NCBI GenBank assembly: GCA_964035545.1
Contig: OZ037765.1
Span: 28,395,504-28,459,503, forward strand
Reading direction: 5' to 3'
From: Bugula neritina
Taxonomy: Eukaryota > Animalia > Bryozoa
DNA length: 64,000 bases
Of the stretch, positions 52,390-64,000 are shown in pieces. A program made the translations under genes and the position numbers. Every line of letters begins with the position of its first letter. Position 1 is the first letter of the stretch. The notes below the pieces were generated by a model. It made no database searches. It was not told where the DNA came from and saw nothing but the letters and a program-made list of their open reading frames with translations.

Positions 52390-55300
52390 AGCTTGTAACA
52401 ACTTTGTTCACAAGGGGTTCCAGTATAATTCTAATAATATAAGCAGTACATAAGCCAGGCTAAATATGCACATTGTCCCAGCAGTTTCATATACGGTTAA
52501 CAAAATACTCCAAAACATGGGGGAAATAGTTATAGTGGCTTCAAATCGTCAAAAAACCTGTAATGTAAATTTAAATAGATTATGTTCACTATTCATACTC
52601 TCACTATTCATACTGTAGTCAAAGATATAATATTGTTGCTAGGATACCACTTTACTTGTTGGGGAATTTATTTATAGCTATACAATGCATTCACATCTAC
52701 AAAAACCTACACGGCTGCAAGCAAGCAGCAGATCATGCACAAAATCAGAATGCTTGTTGGTTTTAGTACTCATAGTACAGCTTCGAAAATTATAAATTGC
52801 AAAATAGAGCCGTATAAAACCTGCAGCAAAATTCCAGGAGGAGAAAATAATGCCAACCAGATAATTTAAAAAATGAAAAGGTAGTAAATTTATTATAAAA
52901 CAACATCAGTAATAAGAAATTTCCTCAGTCTATAAAATTATTTTTGTTATTCTACCAAACAAATTTATCAAAAATATTAAATACTTTCTTTACATAATTT
53001 GAATGGACTTGTTTTTCAATCAATGGGAATAGTGTCATTCACATAAACCTCAACCTATACCAGGAAATTTTTTTTAGATCCATTCATTGAAATGGAATAG
53101 CCATTGGCCCTTGTTTCATGTATAGGGAAAGGTCTTTTGAAAATAGTTTCAAAATATAAGCATCTCTTATACTAGTTATAACCTATGACTGGAGCGCATC
53201 TAATAATTAAACTTAGCAAAAACCAAGACAAAGTGAGATGAGTGAAAACGCTTTTAACATGGAATGAAACAGAACCAACATTACTTATGATTGTGAACTT
53301 TATGAGGTGACAGAGAGGTTGACAGATTAATGGAATGGCAGATTAATTTGGAGTTGTCTCTCTTTGAGAGAAGTAAACTTTTTACAAATTGGCCGTAGGC
53401 ACTTGTGGTTTTTCATTCTATGAACAATAATTTAATCGAAGCAAGAAACCCTAGAAAAAGTAAAAAATGAGAACATATCACATCTTGATTGTAAGTTGGA
53501 AAAAACTTGAAAATGTAAACACCTTCATCATCATATACGTCTTATGGACAGCATGTGAATTTGGTGACAAATAAAGTGAAATATAAAGTTAGAGGTCATG
53601 GCTAAGACTTATACTTCATTTTAAAGGTTTATTCCTTAAAAAGTTACATAAATTTGACTGTATATTTTGCAAATGCCAAAAAACACCAACAAAGTCAACA
53701 CAGCATCGACAGCTTTATTTCAGTCTACAGCATTTAAAGACAACACAAGTTTAACTGTGTGTTAATCTTAGGCCAGTCTGTCAACTAATTAAATAGCATT
53801 TATGAGGCATAACTGAATTTTGAATCTATGCTTTTTTTATTCAAATTTTTGTACATATATAATACATCTGGATATTAGTATTTAACCAAAGTTGCTCAAG
53901 TTAATCAATAAACTACTGAGAAACTGAACAACTAATACTTATTGGGCTAGATTTTATCATGGAAGATTCCTAGAGTCTAACTATTCAAATGAAGTATCAT
54001 TTTTGTCAGCAACGACAATCATTTTTGTTCATTCTAGTTTGACCTGGTTTAATAGCAGTGCTCATTATTGATTTAAGATGGCTTAAATCAGACTTGGAAG
54101 TCATTTTATTGTTGTTCATATTAGAAGTCATAGTTTTAATACCCAAGTATTTCAATAAATATGCTGTTAGGTCAAGTGTTGGATAATTTTAATTGATGAG
54201 ATGCTCATGCAAAATTGGAAATTTTAGCTTAACCTATATATCTGAAAACTTATCACTTTAAATATAAACATTAAAGGTAGCCCTAATATTACTTTTATTT
54301 TTTGCAATTTGAATATTCTTGTAACATGCATTAAATCTTTCAAATACAACAAATCTATAATTGAAAATATTTTCTAAAAACCAACAATTTTTTTTCAAAA
54401 AATTAGTAGTACAAAACGCAGTACTTGAAAACCTGCTGGTAAATATTTATCGAAAAGTAGAATATGGCAAAGGCATTACTACTTTGAGTATACTGGTCAT
54501 TGACATATGAGCTATACTGGCTAATGCGCAACACCTCAATCATTTTCTTTCACTGGTTACTTCTAATTTTTACTTTTTGCATTTGTGAATTTCGGCCTTT
54601 GATTAACAATACTTGATTACCAATAACTTATAATTGCAAAGTGAGCATGTTGATAATTTATGCAGCACTTGTAAATTTGGGGGAGACAGATTATTTTTTT
54701 TCAAATACTTGCTGCATATTATGAGAACCTGACTTTCAACTTTTTTCCTTCACAAAAAGACAACTTCATTAAAAGCTAATTGAGGGAATTTAATGTAGAC
54801 ATTTTATATATCTTATTATTTGTACAGAATGAACTTGAACCATAAAACTTTTAAAAATACTAGTAGCTGTGCTTGTTAAATTTTCTGAACACATAAACAC
54901 AACATGTTTAAATGCTTATAAATGAATGTTTCGAATATTATTTCTTTTCACTTTTTTAACATTTATTTTGGTAGTGTTTGTGTTCATCCCTTATTAATTG
55001 TATTAGTATTTGCATAAACATGTGAATTTAACTTAAACTTAAAGCCACCCTCTTTCCTCCTTCTGCAGAATTTGGCCTTACTTCAAAAATCAAACATATA
55101 ATTTAAATTTCTATAAAAAAAAGAGAACTGTTGACATCTTTGTTTGGTACTCAACATAACCTATCTTATAAATCTGATAAATCAAATAATTAAATTATTA
55201 GAACATCATCTTGTTAGTTGTAAGTTTCAGCTTAAGTTCTAGTTCAGTGAATACTATGAAACCATGCATCTTTCTTTTAGTTAAATTGAAACTTACGTAA

Positions 55301-55999
55301 CTGTATTTCATTAAAAAGTCAACAAAGATGGCAATTAGTATTACAATTACTCAACTCTACAGGCTATGAAAAATAACTTGGCTGTAATTTAAAACTATGG
55401 CCCAAAACCAACACGTGTTGATTCTTAACTGAAACAGAAATGAAACCATCGGCACTTGGAGTCAAAGCCACGATGGGATTGAAGATAAATAAATGCTCAG
55501 TTATAGATAAAGATTAGCATCATCGTAGTAACTGTAGTTACGGTAAAAAGTGGTCATTGATAGAGAAAATTAAATTAATTTGAAATCAAAATGAGATCGA
55601 GCCATTCAGTCAGTTAAACTCCATCACAATGAGTATGAGTATCAGTATGAGTATGACAATCGCAATGCGCCAACGACACCTACACTCAAATTGAGTCGTA
55701 AAGTGATACTGATAAAGGGCGAGTTAGAATTAGGGAGTACAGTAGCAGTTAAGGCAGTGGTAGTGTTCTTCGTCATATTCAATTTTACATTGATACTGAT
55801 AGTATTATTTATTGTTAACCTCATGGGCCATGGCGGTGGTCACCGTCATGGTGTCATGATTATCATGACAGTTCAAGGTTTAAACACCATCTTTAGATAA
55901 TAAAGACCACATCCCACGACTTTAAACTACTCAATGAAAAGCAATAAAGAAAGAAACAAAGGCATATGCAGTTTTGACAACTGTTACTAGACACATTTA

Positions 56000-56120
56000 A
56001 AAATTACCTTATGGTTACAGTCGTCTAGCTACGGTGGTTATCTCTATGGCGCTTATTCCTAGGGCAACTGTTGCCAGACGCAAAACAATGGCCGCTATAT
56101 TGCAACGCGGCGATAAAAGG
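56000..56120. promoter_or_regulatory. Candidate divergent RFX/DRC12 core promoter with X-box-like sites
   Basis: Local CpG enrichment; ATTCCT-AG-GGCAAC (56055-56068) abutting a GTTGCC half-site (56070-56075); a minus-strand donor-like AAG|gtaatt near 56007 that could end an RFX 5' UTR exon. Confidence 0.55.
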
Positions 56121-56554
56121 TTTTTATTTTAAAACTTCTTCACTTTAAATTTTGAACTAGAACAAAATCAGTTTAAATGTTACAACTTTTATTTTTAAAA
56201 ATAAAAAATAGGTTCTTATTTGTGCTTGTAAAACTAAATAATATACTGTGAAGCTGCTTAATTTTGCTTGCTGATGTCAGATGCAATAACATAAGTGTTA
56301 CTAGGCTATTTCCTTTTTCTGCCGAATTTTTTGTCACGTGAACAGTAACTACGGTTACGGGATTTTATATAAAGAATTTACCATGTTTTTTGTTGTGTAC
56401 GTAGTCTAAATTGGTAGAGATGGTGGTGTTCTTGTAAAGCTTGCTAACACTCTGAATATTTTTATATACCCATAAAATAAACGACTGAAAATTTCAAAGA
56501 TACACAGTAGGATTGTCATTTTTTATGTAAACGTTTTTATTTTGATAAATTTGA

Positions 56555-57250
56555 TCACTCATAGTCATACTGATAGTGAGTCATACTCTAAGTCATAATC
56601 ATAATGATAATCATAGTCATATTGTTGCTACTAGTACTACTGCTACTGGCACTACCAATGCTACTCAAATTGCTATTACTGTTTCTACTACTACTACTAC
56701 TAGTAGTAGTACTATTAGTATTACTACTATTACCATTACAAATTGAAATACAACCAACACTATGACTACTACAGTACTAGTACTAGTAGTAGTACTACTA
56801 CTAGTAGTAGTAGTAGTATTACTACTACTACTAGTAGTAGTAGTATTACTACTACTAGTAGTAGTAGTACTAGTGGTAGTACTTACAGTTACTACAATGT
56901 AATAGTAAATGTAATGCTAAAGTCATAGTAGTACTACTATTTATTAGTAGTATATGTACTTGTAGTGCTAGTACTACTAGTAGTGATATTAAAACTGTCG
57001 CAATGAGTATCACTTCAATACCAATAGAAATGCTAATGCTATATATCACAATAAAAATTGTAATTTTTTATCTCAATGATCATGGTAATATCAAACTCAC
57101 TATTATCATTATAATCGCAGTAAACCTATGGCTGTAGGTGAATGTTGAAGATATTTTAGGTATCAACTATTGTAGATTTATTGTAGTTATTAGTATAATT
57201 ATTATTATTAGCTGTTAACAGTAATAATAATCACAATCACAATGAAAAAT
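56555..57250. repeat. (TAG/TAC)n-rich low-complexity tract
   Basis: Runs of actactacta ctagtagtag tagtattact. Confidence 0.85.
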
Positions 57251-58699
57251 GAGTTTGTAATTTTTCAAATATTTCCTACATGAATTCAAGCTTTCCAAAT
57301 CATCTTTGGAAACCTTTGTACTAAATTTCTTCTTTTTTGTTCTCACTTATCTTGGCTACTTTTGATATCTTAATTTTCCTAAAAAGTGAATGATGACTGG
57401 ACTTGAATGGAATTTTGTACGAATGCAGTTACCCTATTTTCTAAGAACAATTTCATGCCAATATATTGTTGGCTAAATCATAACATCCACAGGCTATTAT
57501 TTTGTCTAAAAGGATAAATGAAACTTTACCTTGAGTAATATTCAAAATTAAAATAATGAAGTTATTACAGTACTTGTTTATTCTAAAAATGCGTTTAAGG
57601 TTTTTCTAAATATTCTATGCATTATCAGTGATTTATATTTTCTCTTGGTAGCCCATTTTACATGAATTTAAACACTATTTTTTTAAGGTAACCTGTGTGA
57701 TACAGAGAGTTATGTGCAACTTCTTCTTTTAATCACAAATTAAAGTTAAAATGCATGTTCAATTTTACTTTGCAATAGCTTGAAGAGTTTTTGAATAGAT
57801 CCTGAGCTCAAAGTTTTAGAGGTTTAAATTCCGAATTATTTTCTAAAATTTTAGGTGGGTTTTTTAACTCAAATAGTTTTTTATTTTGTATCTAATTTTA
57901 AACCTTTAATTTATTTCTGAATTTCATAAACGACACAAACCTTCTTACATTATTTTTGTGTTTAGCAATACCCCAAAGCACTCCCTTTATTGATGCCAAA
58001 ACAGCTAGTGGCAATATCTTGATAATTGATATTGTAGAAAAATTATTCTGAAATTCTGAATAAAACTTTCACAATTACAAAAATATTTGTTATGTTTTAT
58101 ACTAAAGTTGCTATAACTCCCTTGTTAACTTTATACACCTTTTGCTGCTGAGAAATGTACTTTGGTTAGTAAATTAGATTAAAGCTGCCATGAGTTATGA
58201 TGCAACTTTGCTGTCTGGCATATCTACAGTCTACTGTGATTTGAATGGATGTGATTGAAAGCTTTCCATCCTCAAGTTAAAAGTTTGTGATTGCAAATTG
58301 TATATTCTAGCCAGCCTAATGGGGCAACAATAAATTGGGAGATATGGTTATATAACTTGAAATGATTGAAACTGTAAATAATTAGACAACTCACAAATTT
58401 ATCAATTGACTGGTAGTTTCTCAAAACTTCTTCCTGATTACCCCCAATTGTATTATTGGTCAAGAATTTTATTTTTCTATTATTTAATTACTGAAGACAA
58501 GCAAAAATCTAATTTCTGCAGTTGTTTAACCAATATGAGTATGCTTTGTTAACGCCACTGAATAGAACCTGGTTAAATTACAAGGCCCATAACGAGCTTA
58601 CACCATCCAAGACTTGGCTAATGATTTAAATCAAACATTGTTATCTCTATTTGTAGAATAACTTAAAAACAGATTGAAGTGACAACTAACTAGACAATC

Positions 58700-59398
58700 A
58701 TGCCTCCTAAGAAAAAAGGAAAGAAAAAGAAGAAAGATGATGCAGAGCTTCAATTGGAAGAAAAATATAAAAAGACATTAAACGACATTGAGGCCCTGAA
58801 GGATCAGTTGACAAAAAGGTTATATATTCATAATTTACTTTCACAGATATGATTGGGGCACACGGAGTATGTAGGCACTAAAACAGATTTTTTTTTTCTG
58901 TAAAATAACACACGCCTTTTTTATTCTTCTAGGAAAGAGGTGTCAAGGAGAGCCATGTCAGCTGGTATAGAGTTGAAGGACAAAATGAAGGAAGCAGAAG
59001 AATTACTCACAAAACAGCAAGCGGACCAGAAGTCTATTAGCTCAGACATGACTAGACAATACAAAACAATGCAGACAGAAATGAACCTTCGGATCCACCA
59101 ACTTGAGTCAGAAAGAGACAGGTTGCAAATTGAATTAGAAAAAACCCAAATACTGCTGAAAAATACTATAAAAACAAAAGATAAAGAAATAGCAACGAGG
59201 GATCAAAAAATAAAAGAGCTTGAAAAGAAAATTAAAGAGTTGAGTTATGACTTTGAAATACTTATGAGAGACAGTTTTAATGCTTTACTAGTCAAACTTG
59301 ATGAGGCAAGGAAAGGCTGGGAGGACAAATCTACGCTTATACAAGCAAGAAACAAGCAGGTGCTAATGGAATTTCATCTGAACCCATTGGATATTTAG
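58700..59398 (+). CDS. CCDC153: Coiled-coil domain-containing protein 153 / dynein regulatory complex subunit 12; exons 58700-58818 and 58933-59398
   Basis: MPPKKKGKKKKK N-terminus, then LKDQLTKRKEVSRRA, ISSDMTRQYKTMQ, FEILMRDSFNALLVKL and C-terminal EFHLNPLDI. The phase-2 GT-AG intron joins in frame. Confidence 0.85.
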
Positions 59399-59694
59399 CA
59401 GATAAACTTATGAAGATTGAGATAAATATCATCATAATTTAAATACAAATAACTGATCATTATAGAATAACTTGAATATCTTAGTCCAACTTTCCAGACC
59501 CCTTTGGATTATGTTACAGGACAATAAAATATACCTTTGCAGATTACAGTTTCAAGTAATTTATTAAACTTTATTATTTTGTATAATTTGTACATAAATT
59601 TACAAGATGAGTTGGTATTACTTCTGCGTATGAACTAGTCTATATACTAATTAACTCTCAATACTAAAATGTTGCCTAATTGCGACAATAAACT

Positions 59695-62600
59695 TCAACC
59701 GGCATAGCTTTCTAGCTCTTTCAAACTTTCACTGCTGAGACCACAGATTTCACTACAAATAAAATAATATTGCTGAAATATAATAAAGAAAACCACATGT
59801 ATGACTATTGTAGTCAGCTGACAACAATAAATGACAGTATATATTGTGTGAAAATATACTTGCATTGTTTTAAAGCATAGGCAGCAGCCAACATTACAAT
59901 ATATAAACCAATGTATTCTATTCTTTAATATAGTAATAAAACTTAATTTCCAAATAATGAGGGCAAAACCCTTGTCGCAGGTGTCAAAGCTTACAACTCT
60001 AAAACTATCAGTAGTAGCTGTAGGCTGCAAGCACGGTCGAAAGTTACTATTTGAAAATACCAGCATGTGTAATGCAACATAAACAGATGACAAACAATGT
60101 CAGACATCTATTTTAAAGGGAAAGTAACTCCATCTCATTGACAAATTATAATCAATATAATGACATACTAATTTAGCTTTCACTAGCACACCTTATTCAT
60201 AGTAATAACAAGTGTCCAACTATAAAAATCTGAACCCAGGATTTTTTAATTCCACACCATAGGTAACCACCATTCTATGTGGTTGTTATTACTACTAGCT
60301 CATAACCAAGACAAACACGTACACTGTTTTTACTTTTATGGGACTTGTAACATTTCCTTTTGTAAGATATAATTCTCACATGAAAATGCGGTTAGTCTAT
60401 GTTGAGTAGAGACGGGGTGATGCACCAACCGTACCTTATATGAGGCTGGAATGTGGCTGCTATGGAATGCAATGAAGACTTGAGCTGTGAGTAAAGCTCA
60501 ATTCCTAAAGAGTGACTGCTTCTATTGACGTACAGCTCAGTGCTTCTCTTCCCAGTGACTGTAGACACTCTGAAGAGGCATTCTATAGTCTAAACAAACA
60601 CGGAGAATGCTTACATTAGCGGACTTTAACCAACTGCATTGCTGCACAAATATTATATAGTAATTGTCACTAGAGAAACGCTGCATATCATAAAATGAGT
60701 TTATATATAAACATGCTTTACATTTAATGCACTTGTCTTGATATTTAAAGGGACAGACACAATGTTGAGTGAAATATTTCTTGAAAAATGAAAATATGGT
60801 TCAACAGTCTAAAATGTAAAAAGCATGCACGTTGATACCAATATATGCTTGAGCTGTGAGCAATGTAATAAAACTAACCCGAGTCAATGAAATGAGCAGA
60901 TTGATGATTTCTCCAAGATTTTGCTGTACAATACCGTATTTGTCCTCAGTGAGTGAACGGGTGATCAGATTAGACAATGCTGTAACAAAATTCAATGTGT
61001 TTACATGCTCTATTAGCTTTTACATGTTACTTAGAAGAAATATTTTTATATATTGTAAAACTTTTTCATCATAATTATATAGAATGATTAATACAATCTT
61101 CAATTAAATTTAATGAATTATATATTGTTTTTGCAAGTAGTTAATGACCTGTATTCAACTAGTAACACTTTAATAAATTGGTGATGGTTCTCCAGTCAAG
61201 TACCACAAAAGTTAAAAATGATAAAGATAAACACTTTCACTGTTGAAAAACATAGCAACGAGGAAAGCTAAGCCTACGGATGACTGCCTATGAGACACTG
61301 TAAGATAAGGTCATAGGTCAAACATACCACAGACACACCAGATGTGTTTCTGTGAGTCATAAAACAGTTTGGCTGACAGCTTTTCAGGATATTGCTGATA
61401 GAGGAAAGCTGGATAATACCATTTCTTGGTGGCCTGAAATTAAAAGAAAATTGTATAGCATATTTTACCATGATAGAAAACAACTTTGTGTTGTAGAAGT
61501 TGTAACTAAGGCAAGAATAAATTGCATAAAAGTGAAATACAACCCACGCATGATTGTTTGTTCAAACGCAGATTTGTCGATTTGTATGCTATGGTTTATT
61601 GGAAAAAACATTGCACATAGGAAAACAGGTATAATGTTGCCTTCTATAACTTATTGTTCATAGAAATTTATATGAAGCTGCAGTGTGACCTGTTCAAGTT
61701 GTCACATGTACCAGGTTGGCGGACGAAACTCTACGAAGGCCATTAGTCATGTAAAAGAATCCAGTCATGTTGCCACTATAGTTTGAGGCTGAATTTACAG
61801 CCAATATAAAGACCCTTACCTAAAGATTTTACAAGGATTGCTACTATAAACAGATGCACTGTAAACAGTTCACAGCATGTTATGACAAATTCTGTCATAC
61901 AATAGAATACCTGACTTGGTTGAGATGATTTCGGAGAGCTGTTGTACCCAGGCTTCAAAGTCTCTATCTTACTTCCGGCTTCTGAAACAATAAATATTTT
62001 GGCCCACTTGTATGAGTGTCAAGTTTCTAGGTTTGATTTGCTCTTCACAGTTACTACCAAGAGCTTAGAACTTCAGCTAACAAAGACGTAGGACTTAGAG
62101 GCACACAGACAAATAAGCTACCTATTGGCTTCCTATCATCACAACTGTTTATCAACTTCAACAAGATATAATTTCCAGAATAGGTATAAACACCACCATT
62201 GACAGACTCACGGCGTGGCATGATACTTTTGTATGACTCAACAAGCTCTTTGTTGCTGGTTTCAATACGATTGAGCAGCTCTTGAAGTTGAGCCATGGTG
62301 ACGGCAGAAACAGCTTTCCAAACCTTGGGATGTCCACCGGGATTACTCAGGCTGAAGATGTTCTGTCTCCTGACATCGTCAGACCTTGCAGAGAGTTGGT
62401 GGAGGTCTTTGAATGCCAGTATCTACATACAAAGTATCTACATACAAAGTATCTACATACAAAGTATCTACGTACAAAGTATCTACGTACAAAGTATCTA
62501 CGTACAAAGTATCTACGTACAAAGTATCTACGTACAAAGTATCTACGTACAAAGTATCTACGTACAAAGTATCTACGTACAAAGTATCTACGTACAAAGT

Positions 62601-64000
62601 ATCTACATACAAAGTATCTACATACAAAGTATCTACATACAAAGTATCTACATACAAAGTATCTACATACAAAGTATCTACATACAAAGTATCTACATAC
62701 AAAGTATCTACGTACATAGTATCTACATACAAAGTATCTACATACAAAGTATCTACATACAAAGTATCTACATACAAAGTATTTACGTACAAAGTATCTA
62801 CGTACAAAGTATCTACGTACAAAGTATCTACGTACAAAGTATCTACGTACAAAGTATCTACGTACAAAGTATCTACGTACAAAGTATCTACATACAAAGT
62901 ATCTACATACAAAGTATCTACATACAAAGTATCTACATACAATATATCTACATACATAGTATCTACATACAAAGTATCTACATACAAAGTATCTACATAC
63001 AAAGTATCTACATACATAGTATCTACATACAAAGTATCTACATACAAAGTATCTACGTACAAAGTATCTACGTACAAAGTATCTACGTACAAAGTATCTA
63101 CATACAAAGTATCTACATACAAAGTATCTACATACAAAGTATCTACATACATAGTATCTACATACAAAGTATCTACATACAAAGTATCTACATACAAAGT
63201 ATCTACATACAAAGTATCTACATACAAAGTATCTACATACAAAGTATCTACGTACAAAGTATCTACATACAAAGTATCTACATACAAAGTATCTACATAC
63301 AAAGTATCTACATACAAAGTATCTACATACAAAGTATCTACATACATAGTATCTACATGCAAAGTATCTACATACAAAGTATCTACATACAAAGTATCTA
63401 CATACAAAGTATCTACATACAAAGTATCTACATACAAAGTATCTACGTACAAAGTATCTACGTACAAAGTATCTACGTACAAAGTATCTACGTACAAAGT
63501 ATCTACGTACAAAGTATCTACATACAAAGTATCTACATACAAAGTATCTACATACAAAGTATCTACATACAAAGTATCTACATACAATATATCTACATAC
63601 AAAGTATCTACATACAAAGTATCTACATACAAAGTATCTACATACAAAGTATCTACATACATAGTATCTACATACAAAGTATCTACATACAAAGTATCTA
63701 CATACATAGTATCTACATACAAAGTATCTACATACAAAGTATCTACATACAAAGTATCTACATACAAAGTATCTACATACAAAGTATCTACATACAAAGT
63801 ATCTACATACAAAGTATCTACATACAAAGTATCATAGGGGGTTCTACAGTGTGTACAACTGCATGGCCACCAGCCAACAAACACACTACTTGCCTGACTA
63901 GTGAGCGAACTCAAATCTATACAATAATATCTAAAGTTCCAGAATTTTGCAATAAGTCAAAAATATGAAATGTTGGGCCAGTATCACTAGGCAACAGTCT
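59695..64000 (-). CDS. NDC1: Nucleoporin NDC1, 3' exons (the gene continues beyond the window)
   Basis: Exon peptides ILAFKDL..RRQNIFSLSNPGGHPKVW (from 62422), LFYDSQKHIW, LSNLITRSLTEDKYGIVQQNL and LKSSLHSIAATF match the NDC1 C-terminal domain. TGA stop at 59695-59697. Confidence 0.88.
62419..63833. repeat. 15-bp minisatellite (gtatctacatacaaa), about 94 copies, overlapping an NDC1 splice acceptor
   Basis: Highly homogeneous array with cat/cgt variants in blocks; it accounts for the spurious long ORFs at 62282-63968. Confidence 0.98.

Noticed and set aside
59399-59694. Possible 3' UTR overlap of CCDC153 and NDC1
   Set aside because: The nearest poly(A) signals (plus 59523-59528, minus 59560-59575) predict abutting rather than substantially overlapping ends.
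62282-63968. Long ORFs of 474-557 aa in several frames
   Set aside because: They are translations of the 15-bp minisatellite (period divisible by 3) lying in an NDC1 intron.

Overview
AT-rich, intron-containing genomic DNA from an invertebrate animal; the species cannot be identified from the sequence. I reconstructed six spliced protein-coding genes by hand: TRAF6 (+), THOC1 (+), a LAP1-type LRR+PDZ gene (Erbin/Densin/LET-413-like, -), an RFX1/2/3-type transcription factor (-), CCDC153/DRC12 (+) and the 3' part of NDC1 (-). Repeats include a young 5'-truncated CR1-group LINE in THOC1 intron 1, an old relic of the same LINE family, an inverted SINE pair, MITE-like elements and several minisatellites. 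The top finding is in RFX. The exon encoding most of the winged-helix DNA-binding domain is present twice in tandem (48412-48593 and 48172-48353). Both copies are 182 nt, phase 0/2, open and flanked by canonical splice sites, with about 57% amino-acid identity. Including both would frameshift, which is the signature of mutually exclusive exons switching the DNA-binding domain. The upstream copy is absent from the ORF track. Other observations: two alternative LAP C-termini that both end in T-D-V; tandem repeats built from splice junctions, including about 94 stop-containing copies of an NDC1 acceptor; and an X-box-bearing divergent RFX/DRC12 promoter. Family assignments come from recalled protein motifs, not database searches.
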